Shown here in pieces: positions 1 through 11,568 of a stretch of 64,000 nucleotides of DNA. The DNA lies in NCBI GenBank assembly GCA_013239625.1, contig MU053561.1:1056826-1120825 (forward strand), read 5' to 3'. Numbering within the stretch: position 1 is the first letter of the stretch; every line of letters starts with the position of its first letter. A program made the position numbers and the translations under genes. The notes under the pieces were generated by a model. That model was given only the letters and a program-made list of their open reading frames with translations, was not told where the DNA came from and did no database searches. This DNA comes from Lama guanicoe. Taxonomy: Eukaryota.

Positions 1-545
1 CTACTCCAGATGGCCTCCAGATGTCTGGTGCATGAGCAGGGGCAGAGGCAGAGGGGTTCCTGCGTCCTCACTGGTTGCTCTGGGTCCCTGTGCTGTCCTC
101 TGGGCCCCGCTGGCCTCTGCTGTGTGTTGTGGGGGGCGGGATCAGGTCTGGTCTGCTCCTTGGGTGCCTTGTGTCGATATGTGCTACTGACAGAAGACTG
201 CTGAACTTGGGCTTTTCCGTCCTTGCCTCGGTTGGGCCTCCTGGGCCTCCCGGGCTGACGCAGCCTCACCTCAGGTCTCATCCAGGTCCTCTGGTTGGTT
301 CCTGCCTAGGCTGCGGCACCTCTGTTGGGGGTCACCCAGCCTTCTCTGTCATGGCACGTGAGGACCTCTGAGTCCCTGACCCACCATGGAAGGGCCGTGG
401 AAGGCTTGGGGATCCTAACTCAGTCCTCTTCCTGCGGCATTTATACCGATGCAGCTAGCCCCGCGTGTGCAAGGAGGTCGCCCTGCCGGTGTTCCTCTGA
501 GCCTCCCCACCCCTACCCCAGGATTTTGGTTTGAGTCGGGGAGCT
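1..545. other. GC-rich segment cut by the window edge, possibly an antisense LINE-1 5' UTR
   Basis: Much more GC-rich than the following intron, with G/T-skewed low-complexity motifs. Family not firmly recognised. Confidence 0.25.
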
Positions 546-2924
546 AAGGCGCATGGAAGTCTAACTGCTTGCTTCTCTTTTGTCTGTTTCCTCTTTTCTC
601 ATGCTCCACTGGAGTGGAAGGGGAGGATTTTTACTTCTTTTTCTACCCGATGAGAATTCACCTTATGCCACATCCTTAGGATAGCAGGCTGTCCTTGGCA
701 TCCCTTTCTGTACTGTAGAGGATGAGATCTGGGTCTACCAGGTGGCACTTGATCAGGAGCCAAGGGACTACTAGAGACTAAGGATTACTGAGGTTGCGAA
801 CACACTGATTTATTCCTCCAAAATACTGTCCTCGTTACCTTGGTATTTGGAGAAAGAGCTGGAGCTATCAGCACAGTCAGTAACTGGGATCCTACCTGGA
901 GTTGTATGGCTAAATTTGCTCTCCTCTACCTGGATGCCTGCGGGGTAGTCAAGACTGTCCCTGACGGGACAGCCTCTCAGCTTTTCCTGTCACTACTTCT
1001 CTTCCTGTGTACCCTGTGCTCTGGTCAACTTGGACTCCTCAGTGTATCTTGAAAAGGCTTCATTCTTTCCTGCTTCCATTCTATGACTCAACATAGGACC
1101 TTTCTTGTGAAACACGTCCCTTGTTCCTTTCTCCCCATTTTGCATTTTTCATTAAACTCCTGAGCATCCTTCAGGGCTCGGCTCACGTGCTCCCTCTAAG
1201 GTGACACCTTGGAGCCCGTCAGCTCAGAACCATCACTGCCTCCTCTAAGCTCTCGGGGAACTTTGCCTTTATTTCGAACCATATCACTTTCTGTTTTACA
1301 TCGCAGTGATTAATGTATATGTCTCCTTTTTTCTCCTAGGTTGTAAGCTTCTTGGGTGGGGGGAGTGGGGACAGACGATTCACAGCTCTACACTGACTGT
1401 ACACCACTCTGTCACCTGCTACCTGTCACACTACTTTGCACACGGATGGCACTTGATCATGAATAAATCATGAGGAGCACAATCAGGCTCTTCATAAAGC
1501 TCCCTAAACCCCACGTTAAAAGCTTTGAAACAAGTAGGGAGGTGTTGTGTTTCCTAATATTTGTGGCATTTGTCTATTAAATCCCCACGCAGACCCCTGG
1601 GCCTGACACACAGGGAGCTGTGGGAAACAGCTTTCAACCACTTCTCCCAGACCCATGAAATAAAGTGTCATTATATTTACAGGGCTCTGTGCCCCCAAAA
1701 CATGGCAGTACAACTGTCTATCAGAAACCCCTGTCATAAATGAGTTGGACAGGATAAGCCAACTTGAAAGAGAAAATAAAATATTATAACCCCAACTTGA
1801 AAAGAAAATACGGTGTGTGGTTTATTGCCATGGATTATGGAGGAAGAAAACTGATTTTAAGTCAAAAACAGAAAAGCAGTGACAGTCTTTAAACCCAATA
1901 CAGTCCTCACAGGGCAGACACTAGACTTTGGAAAGCCAAGGCTTCAGGCTCCTGCTCTGGTCTATAAAACAGACGTAAAATGGCTTTTGCTTCGTTACTA
2001 GTGCTACATTATTAGTGTGGCACTCTAGAGGCAAGGAATGTTTAGGAGGGGAAGAAAAAAAAACTTTGGTACTTTCAAGTCAGAATCTGTTTGTCAGAGT
2101 TGCACATTGCATTTTAAAGACCTTTAGACTGTGGCTTTGGGAAGTTCCAGTCTGACAAGGGGAGACTGAAGAGGGCCTTGGAAGGATTTGCCACGTAGGA
2201 AGCAACTTTAGTCACCCCAGTGATAAGTTCTGCCATGTCAGAAATGGGAATATGGTCTTAAAAAATGAGACCCCTTTATTTCTTGAATGACCTTCCCTTG
2301 AGAGTGACTTCCCTTCTTTTCTGCGCTCCCTAGCCTCCACCCCTAAGTCTCAATTGCTTGAGCATAGTGAGTCCTTAACATCTGGTTCAGACAGAAGTTC
2401 TCAAAATGCCTCCCATGACAAAGGCTGAAGGCGGAAACACCAGAGCGCAGGTGGAATTTGTCGGTCCGGCTTGTTCTAGTCTAGAGGCATGAGGGTAATA
2501 TATACCATTGCCGAGTGTGAGGGGACTCACGATGCAACTGACAGGGACTCATGCACTGAGTGGAGGTTGACCCGCGTGGCTCCCAAGGACCCACCCAACC
2601 TGGGTCACACAATTGTGTGCATCGGGTTTGCTCAGCCTTACAAAGCTGCTTCTTTGTTTCTTCTGATCTGCTTGTGAGACTTGGAGACTGGGTGAGATGC
2701 ACTTCGTCTTTCCCCATCCTGTCCCAAATTTGGAGATTTTTCTTTGAGTGCAGCCTTGGCAGAGGTCAAGCCACTTTTTTGTGTCTTTTCCAAGACCACT
2801 TGGGGTCATCAAGTGAACGATCTCTAGTGGGAAAAAGAGGCACAGCTTAACTGAAATGGGAAATGTCAACTATTTGATGCTTTCAAGCTGAGGCAGGTTG
2901 TCGTCCGATTCCACCTGATTGGAT

Positions 2925-3040
2925 TGATTAAATCCATTCATTCATTATTCACTCACTTGCTCACTAATCCATTTCCTCACTCATTCAACAAGCACTTGTC
3001 AGCTGCCTCCTGTGTGTCATGTACCAAGTGCCTGACCACT
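2925..3040 (-). mobile_element. L2 LINE 3' end fragment
   Basis: ttcattcattattcactcac...tcattcaacaagcacttg...tgtgtcatgtacc resembles the reversed L2 tail. Confidence 0.5.
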
Positions 3041-3370
3041 GCCCAGTTTTCCATTTTGATACCTTCGTTTGTCTGGGCAAGTGACTTATCGCCATTTGGG
3101 GACAAGGCAGGTGAGCAGAAGAGAGTTTATAGAGTCACATACTGGGAAAACCCTGATTTTTAGGGAGAAGCGGCTCCGATGGGTCAGACATCTGTATGTC
3201 AGGCCCAAGTTCTAGGTCAACTTCAATCTAAATCTCAGAGTAAAAGGAAACTAAATTAAAACAGTAGAGGTTGTGAACAGAGTGATTCTTGTTAACTCTC
3301 TAGGAACAACAACAACAACAACAAAGTCAGTTAACATCAATACAATTCATACTTTTTTGTCTGTTTCCAG

Positions 3371-3435
3371 ATCACCAGATTAAAAATTGACCGAAACCCT
3401 TTTGCTAAAGGATTCAGAGATTCTGGAAGAAACAG
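3371..3435 (+). CDS. TBX15: TBX15 internal coding exon (C-terminal end of the T-box; probably exon 6), 65 bp
   Basis: Acceptor ttttttgtctgtttccag and donor ag|gtaag. Translates [21 protein letters not shown](R), the canonical T-box C-terminal motif. Ends in phase 2, matching the next exon. Exon number is inferred from the human gene. Confidence 0.96.
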
Positions 3436-3717
3436 GTAAGAAAATTGGGGAGGAGACTCACCGACATTCCTTTTCCATGTGACATTATTCCCCCCACCGC
3501 CCACTGGTGGCTTCTGGCTCCTGCTTTTTGGGGAACACTTGTGTGTTATGCCACTGTGCTGACTTGGGAGTCCCCCAAAGGCTGAATTATCCAAATTCTT
3601 TGTTAATGCAGTGCTAATCACCAGATCACATCTCTCGTGGTGTTTCTCTCCCTGCCTCATACTTGGTAATTTAGTCGCTTAAAACAAATTTTACAGTGAT
3701 TTATTATCATTAAACTT

Positions 3718-3874
3718 CCGGTCACCAGGGGGCAAAGGAGGTGGGAAGGGATAAACAGAGAGTTCGAAATTTGCACCTCTTGGGGAGTGATGGAAATGTT
3801 AGCTATCTTGATTGTGGTGGTGGTTTCATTGGTGTGTACATCTATCAAAATTCATCAAATTGTAAAAAAAAAAA
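3718..3874 (+). mobile_element. L1 3'-end fragment with A-tail
   Basis: ggtcaccagggggcaaaggaggtgggaagggataaac...gatggaaatgttagctatcttgattgtggtggtggtttc...aaaattcatcaaattgt followed by an A run. Confidence 0.65.
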
Positions 3875-6800
3875 AGATTGCAGCTTATTCTGGTGTGATT
3901 AGAGGTGGCTGCAGCACCTATAGTGATATCTCACTCATCTTTCATCATCAGAAAACAAGGAATTGCGGACAAATACTTTTTTCAGATAATTATTACTTTT
4001 AAGAGCTAAAACTTGGTTTAAAAATTGAGCATTGTTTTTCCTCAAATATTTCTGAACTTTATTAGATGGTCCCTGCTTTAGTAAAGAGAGTTATTCAACA
4101 CCACCTTTCTTGAGGACCCAACATCGTCATGACGATTAGCTTGTTACTTAGTGGAGCTCTTACAAGTGGCTGATGTTTGTAGGGCTGTTTGCTCCTATCG
4201 CAAATGGGCTTAGAGATTGTGGTGTTTTTCTGGTTAATTCTCCTTCTCTCTAAATCCTGCCTATCTCATCCTTCCTATCTAAAATTAAAATCTATTATTC
4301 ATAGAGAGTTAGGAGAGCTTAAAATGGCTAGGGAAAGCAGATATAGCGAAGGTTTTTCAATGAGAAAGCTTCATTTTATAAAACCATACTGAGATAACAA
4401 ATATGACCCATCTCCTATAAGTACATAGACTTTGCATTAATTATTATTTACTTTAATGTTCAGACATTTTCCTAATTTAGGGGCTTTTTTTTTTTTTAAC
4501 TTCTGAACGACAGTTTGTCAGGGATTATCTTTGCCATTTTCTCTGCCAGAGTTTTCAGATAAATTGTCTAGTATTACATTTAGGATCACTTCGTGAACTA
4601 TGTAGCACATCATATTAGAACCTAGATTTTTGCTAAAAATCAGCTGTATGTAGTGATTTTTTTCTTTATAAAACAATTTATGAAAGCACTTTCCATGACA
4701 TTTTTACCATATATTTAAAATACATCTAGATATTTTTATCATATGTATAAAATACATTTACAATACAAAATTTAACATTTTATTTACCTCAGAACTTTTT
4801 AAGGTCACATCCGTTGAGAAAAGTTCACTTAAACTGCTAATTGGAAGATGACAACATTGAATGACGTGTTCTAGGTCAAGCAGCTCGTTAGCGGTAGAGC
4901 CACACGGGAACTCTAGAACGCAGGTGTGTGGACTCCTCGCCTGATGCTCTCCTGTTAATAGTTCTTTGTTTAAAATAAAAGGCCTTTGTTTTCAAAATTT
5001 AGCCAACGAAGAATGATTATTTCTCCCTCCCAATCAGTTGCTATTCCCTGTCCAGGTCACAGGACATGCCTCTAGCTGTTTCCTGCTGCCTCCTTTCCAG
5101 GGCTCTGCCTCCAGGGCTTACTGAGGACCTTGTTAGAGAGAAGGAACCCAGAATAGAAGCTCGCCTTCCATAAAGAAGCCTCGAGGGTGTTTCAGATCTT
5201 TAGCTTGGAGTCCATGTGTGGATTTCAGGAGATCCCAGATACTGAAAGGAAAATGGTGTGTGGGTGTGGGTGAGCAGCTTTTTTTTTTTTTTTTCCGAGG
5301 AGAGGTCTACAGCTTTTCAGAGGCATGACTTAGGACAGAAAATTGGAATAGGGAGGCTGTATTGACCACCTGGGAATTGGAGCCACACTTTAATCCTGAG
5401 ACTAAAACCATGTGTCTTGAAGCTTTTGTCTCTGGTTAGAAAGTTGTGATGGCAGCTCAATTCAAGTCCTGAGGTTCTCCTGTCTCCTCACTGGGCTAGA
5501 AGGAACCTGGACACATCATTTGACTGTGGCCTGTGTCTGCCTTAAGGCTGGTGAATGTTTTACTGCTCAGGACAGTTATTTGTCTGTCCTGCCTGGAGGG
5601 CTGTTCTTCTTTGTAAGAACTCCAGGAAAGCAGAACTGTGGGTCCTCATTTGCCCAATTTACTACTTTAATTATTTATCTATTTGTTAATTTCTGACAGC
5701 ATGGAAATTCTCCATTATATCCTAGTGAAACCTGCAGGCTATTTTAAGAAATACCAGTAATTATAGAAGTTATCTGTGATTGAATGCTTTACTTACGTTC
5801 TTTCTAATCTTTTAAGCAACCTTGATTTTACAAATGAGGAAACAGGCTCAAGAGAGCTTTAGTATACACTGTAAAGCTGGAGAAGGGGTTAAAACCGAAG
5901 TTCACCTGACTTCAAAGTTTGTGCACTTTGTGCTTTACCAGGCCAACAGTTTAAACTTGGCTTCATTTGTCTTCAGCAGAAATGGAAAAGAGAACTATTC
6001 CTCTTAAAAACCCTTCATCTACTTAAAGATACTGCTGCCAAAGTACCCAGAACTTTCTCTTTTCCAAATCAATCAACTTATATTCCCTGCCTGTCTTTGT
6101 AGACTCTTCCTCATGACTTTGTCATGTACTTTCTATATCTCTGTAAAGAAGGGGTTCCCTTGTAGAGGACAGGAAGTCAGGCTGAACCTCCCTAGCCGGT
6201 GAAACTGTGACCTGATGAGACTGAAGTCACCTGGGTCATGACAGGGCAAGGATGAATTGTGAAATGTAGAAGCCACATTCATCCTCCAGCGTTCTGGGAG
6301 GCGAGATTCAAATCAACTTGTTGGAGGCAAGTACAGAAGACCTTGTATTTATTTCCTCTTTAAAAAGCTCAACACTACCTGATAATCACAGTTGAATTCT
6401 CACTAGCTGCCTGCGGGATGAGAGCAAGAATTATTAATGCCATTTTGCAGATGGGAAAGATTGATGGATGAGAACATAGAGGATTATTTATAAATCTTCG
6501 GGAACTGGTGGTCTGTGCCAACCCCAGAGTCCAGCTAGTGCCTCACCTTCCAACCAGTGCCTCCTCTGTTGCCCTTCTTGTGCTGAGAGTTCTTATAAAT
6601 CTATGATTTTCCCATAGCGTTTTAGACATCAAATGAGTCCTACAGTCGAGTATGGTTTGATGAGTTGCATATAAATGTACCCAAAACATACGGATTACAT
6701 TTCCTTTAAAAAAACACATGGGCTTAAAAATTAGGGGGGAAAGTACTTGGCCAATGTTTTTTGGTTTTGTAGCACACAAAACATTTGTGGAATACTTTGG

Positions 6801-7676
6801 AGTTTTGGAATTTGCCAAACCTCAAACCAAAACACGATCAGGTTTGTCGATCTCAATCCATCCCAGTGCGATCCGGAGGCTCAGCAAGGGAGTGTGAGAG
6901 GAAAGATGGGGAGGACACAGCCACCCAGTGTATGCTCCTTGAATGCCTTTCGGGAGACTCTCTGGGCCCATGAGCCTCTCACTGCGGTGCCATCAGAGGC
7001 TGGCTGGGCTGACAGCAGTGTCCTCTGAGTGTCCAGGAGAACTTGAGGGAGCTGTGGTGAGGATGCTTATTTCCCACTCTTCATTTGAATGAAAAGAGTT
7101 ATCTGTGAGCAGTATTCCTGGCTTCCAGCCCCGTCCCTTTCTCCTTCCCCTCAGTGGGAACCAGAATGACGGATATGATTGCTGAATCTGGGAAAGGAAG
7201 TCTTCGGGACCTGCTTGCCTGCAGAGACTGGACCACCTGGGCTCTTGCTCTTCCCCGTTGCCTGCAGTTCCCAGAACTCCCTTCCCAGAAGGAAGTCGTC
7301 TTATTTCAGGGGAGCTCTAGCTCACCGTTTCAGCCTTCACACCTACGCCGTAGTCTCCAGGCACCTTCATCAGTAGCAAAACTGGGGTTTTGGTTTCCAT
7401 TGCATCAGGCTCCTAGGTCTGTCTCGGAATTTATTCTGAGCTCAAATGAGGACAAGGCACGATATTCATTGGGCCTTCCAGAATCGCTGCAGGAGTCCCG
7501 GTGAGTTCACAGCGTTAGCCCATGGTTTCACCATCATCATGGTCCATTTTAATTCCTCCTGCTTCTTCAGGAAGGGTGTCATTCACAAGATTCAGTGCAA
7601 ACTTCAACCTTTACTTATGGAGCTGCTACTTTTCATTCCCATTCATTATGTCCCTGATTAGAAGTCTCCACCAAAG

Positions 7677-7697
7677 TGTGTGTGTGTGTGTGTGTGT
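7677..7697. repeat. (TG)n microsatellite
   Basis: Seen directly. Confidence 0.9.
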
Positions 7698-10600
7698 CCC
7701 CACATTATGGAGAAGAAGAGTAGACATCTGGTCCTTTTGGAGTGGAAACTCTGGCAGATTTTGCTTCCAGGCATTGTGTCTGCAATAGGAGGGAACTTGT
7801 TTATTTCTAATTGGTTTATTTCTTCCTTCTAGATTTCTTACAAATTATGTGGCCCAAATATGGCTTTGAGTGGAAGGGTCAATATATGTATTTAGCTTTA
7901 ATCAGGCCTAGCCCCAGGGCACAGTATCCAGCATTGCCTCTGGGAGATTCCTCTTATCAGGAGGAGACAGTAATACCTTCTTATTCCCAGGGGAAAATAA
8001 ATTCCCTCAGCTTGAGATTATTTTTCTGTCTTGTGGTCTGTGTTCCTGGGCGCTGTCTTCCCCCTGCTAGAATGAAGCTCCTTGAAGACTAGGACTACCT
8101 TTTTCAGGTTCCTATTCTTAGATTTTTTTTTTCTGGTAATGCCAGATATATAGAGTAAAATAATAATTGTTCATTTAGTTACAAAACTTTAAACAAAGTT
8201 GATGAGTGGCAGAGAAATTAAAAACCAGGAACTCTGGAGTAAGAAAGCCTTACCCCAACCAAGGGTGAGTCAGGAAGAGTGATAGTGGGGAGCTAGTTTG
8301 GGACACCAACTAAGAAGGGAAGAAAGAATGAATTTATGAACAGTCTTCATTTGAAAGACTAGGGGCAATTTTGATTCAGATCTGAGATGGACTGTGGCTG
8401 TAAGACAGAGATTTATCTTAATAGTAGATTAGACACACACACCCTTCGGGCCATCTGAGCTGGCTCTGCATAGTGGGGCATGTCTGTGCTCCCTGAACCT
8501 GGGGAAAGGAGGACACCCTGCAGGTTCCAGAGCCTTAGGAGAGGAGTCCCAGAGGCTGAGCCCGAGCAGAGGGAGGTTTAGTTGGGAAAGGTCACTTAGT
8601 AGCAAACTGAGAGGTAAAATGGCATCTTTGGGGTGACCACCCCAGTGGGCAGCTCTTCCAAAGAGAAGACAAAGGGCATGAAGTGGAAGAGAAGCAGGAG
8701 TCTTTGCACTGAGTCTCATGGTCGAGAAGCAGGCACTGGAGGTCTGTCTGTCCGCTTGCCTGGAGAGCCCCCTGTGCTGGGCTAGAGGGAGCACCACCCC
8801 TGCAGGGATCTTGCGCTTTAAAGGGAAGAGGCAGAGGCACAGAAGGTAAGAGGACTCTGTGGGTCTCTCAGCCCACATCTCAGGTGAAAACCTTGTCCCT
8901 GTTAGGAGTGGTCGCCAAGATTTTACAGAAAGCCCAAGTATGCTTGGGAAATTTTGTATAATTCCCAGGGACCTCCTCCAAAGCAAACACATACATAAAG
9001 AGGAGAGGATTAAAATTATGATGTGCCTGTAAAGTGCAGGTTCTGTGAACTTGTTTTAGAAGTGCCATGGTGTGTGTGACTCCGGGTTCTCCTCTGTCAG
9101 CAACCTGCTTCCTGTCTTTGACCTTGGGCTTTACTTGTACTCCCAGCTGCCAGCGCATCTTAGCCAACTGCAAGGGGGACTGTCCCAGGTGACACGGTTC
9201 TCTCCCGATGTTCCTTGCTGGCATGGCACCCCAGGAGCCACTGGGTCCCATGATAGGTTCCTGTTGGAATAACCCTTCTGTAGTCCAGGGTGTTGCTGCA
9301 GCTTTCGGGAAGGGTGTCATTGTCTCTATGGAGTTCGCTGTTGGAGGCTTGGCCCAGGACACTCTAAATTCCACAAGACAGAGACTGTCACAAAGGGCCA
9401 GTGGCAGGCCGTGTATTATGGGGAGGTTGGTTTGTATGGATAAGTAGTTTTAATAGGTTGCCCCTCACTGCAAAAAACAAGAGGGCTGCAGGATGAGGTG
9501 TGGGAGGCACTCAAAGTCTGAGCTCATTTTCAGAGTGTTTTCCAGCAAGCACTGCTGTTTGCTGGGAATGTGGCTACTGGCAGTCCTTCTTGGTGCCTGG
9601 TGTCCCTTTACATGTTTCGGGGGATGGTGATCTAAAAATGGAGCCAATACATCCCATTCACTGTGTTATGGAAATGGATGTATTTACTTGCTGGAAGAGG
9701 ATGCTTAGCGAAGCTAATACTTAACCCAAAGGAAAGAATCTCTACTGGTGGTGGGGAAAACATTTGAGAATAAAGAATTGTTTTGCAGCTCCCCCTCTTA
9801 AGCAGCTCCTGTCCCAAGGCCATGTTCATAGAGTGCAGAATCACCTCCTTGGCGCAGAAGGGAACCCCGTTAGGTTCCCACCCCTCCTAACAACACCCAG
9901 TGAAGACAAGTATGCAGCCAGAATGAGGACTGTGAGATGAACTGAGAGTGCTGAAAGTTAACAGAAGCGCAAAGGAGGGAGAAAGAAAAGAGATTAGCCC
10001 CAGGGCCAGCTCCTCTTTGCTTAGATCTGGAAGAAACAACTTTTCTTTAGGAGTCAAGGTGCAGGGCGGATCGCAGTTAAAATCTGTTAGTAGAGTTCTC
10101 TAGTATAACGAAGTATCTCAAATCTTGTCTACCCCCTTATCTAGCTATTAAGCTGAACATGCAAAATTACCTTAGTTGTAGGTCAAGATGGTAGGCTATC
10201 AGCAATTTCATATAGTTCAACCTCTTATATTTATTTCAAGGCATTTGAATCGTAAGTATACAAATGATAGCAATAATCACTTCGTATATTATCTGTGATC
10301 CACATTTTCTGTTGTTACCTCTGAGTTGTTTGGTTTTGGTGCAGTGCTTCCCATTTTACAGATGGTAAAACCGAGTACTGCGAGATACTAGTTTTCAGAA
10401 TTTGCAAATCCAGCCAATGACAGCATCCAGAGAATGATGTCACTCTCCTCTGATGGGCATAGCTTGTCAGTTGGCAGACAACCTTGCCCTCGTCCACCTC
10501 CTGGTCCCTGTGGCTCCTGAAGGCACACTTAGAGCCAGTGAGCTGACTGCTTGCCTTCTTCCAACCAGCATGACTTCCCAAGTGTCTCCCTCCCTTTCAA

Positions 10601-11419
10601 TGTGTGTATTTTCATTCATTCTCCCTAGAGCCATTGGCTGTATTTCTCCAACCAGTCTCCTCCTGCTCTTTCCCAGCAGTCTCACCAGCCCCTGTAGATT
10701 TTGCATACTCTTTCGTTGTCCCTGGCATGGGTGCCATTTAGCAGCTCTGTGGAAGTCATCAGCGCTGGACTCCTTTGCAGGCATTGCTGCATCTACAGTT
10801 CGGGGTAGCTGGCCCCGCGCTGGACTGGAGCAGCAGCATCCTGCCAGAATCCACCTATTCATCCAGGCCAGAGCTGTTTTTCACGTCCCCTGGCTTACGG
10901 TCTTTCAGCCAGTATTTAACATTTTTTTCTCTGCCTTATTATTTGTTCTCCCTCCTCTGTCATGAATCTTTTCCACCATTGTCCTCTTGGCCATGTGGGT
11001 TTGCCAGAGAAAATTGGCAGTTGTTTTATTATCTATGGCTCTTGCCCAGGGATGGTGTCATCTAACAGAGTGACGTCTGTTTAATGGCTAACACGTTGGA
11101 GTCTGAAATATCTGCAAGATAATGAGGCCTACAGAGGCTTGAGGGACACGTTTTTGGTTCTTGGAGGAGAGAATGAGAAATGGAATTAGGTTACGTACAG
11201 GTCCTTCCACATTCAATTCAGAGCCAGAGGGATGACAGAGCTTTGAAATTCCAGTGAAGTAAGAATGTTTTCTCTTGGATTATAGATCCCAACCTGAGCA
11301 GATAGGGGGATGGGTTTCTTTTACTTGAGCTAGACCAGTGGTCCTCACACTGTCATTGTATTTTCTCTCTCATTTTGAAATGTTTTGTGTTTAATCAATC
11401 TAAGTAGCAATTAGGAGGG

Positions 11420-11568
11420 GGTAACATTATTTTCTCTGTTTTACAGACAGTGGGACCTAGGCATGAAATGGTGGGAGAACTTGGCAAGGTGGCACCAATG
11501 AGCAGCAAGGTTGCAGTTGGAACCCAGGCGGTCTGGCCCCAGAGCGAGTGCTCTTAACCACTCTGCTA
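11420..11568 (-). mobile_element. MIR SINE
   Basis: attattttctctgttttacagacagtggga...gaacccaggcggtctggccccagagcgagtgctcttaaccac matches the MIR core in reverse. Confidence 0.75.

Noticed and set aside
1759..1810. Short imperfect direct repeat ccaacttgaaa(g)agaaaata
   Set aside because: A ~20-bp local duplication with no further structure.
3337..3660. Minus-strand ORFs overlapping TBX15 exons (also 16711-16944, 26641-26998)
   Set aside because: Antisense shadows of real exons, with no recognisable protein.
8429..9447. Cluster of 160-190 aa ORFs in an intron
   Set aside because: No domain similarity or exon-like structure; expected by chance in GC-richer DNA.
10453..10965. 170-aa and 131-aa overlapping ORFs
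   Set aside because: Low-complexity composition and no recognisable homology.
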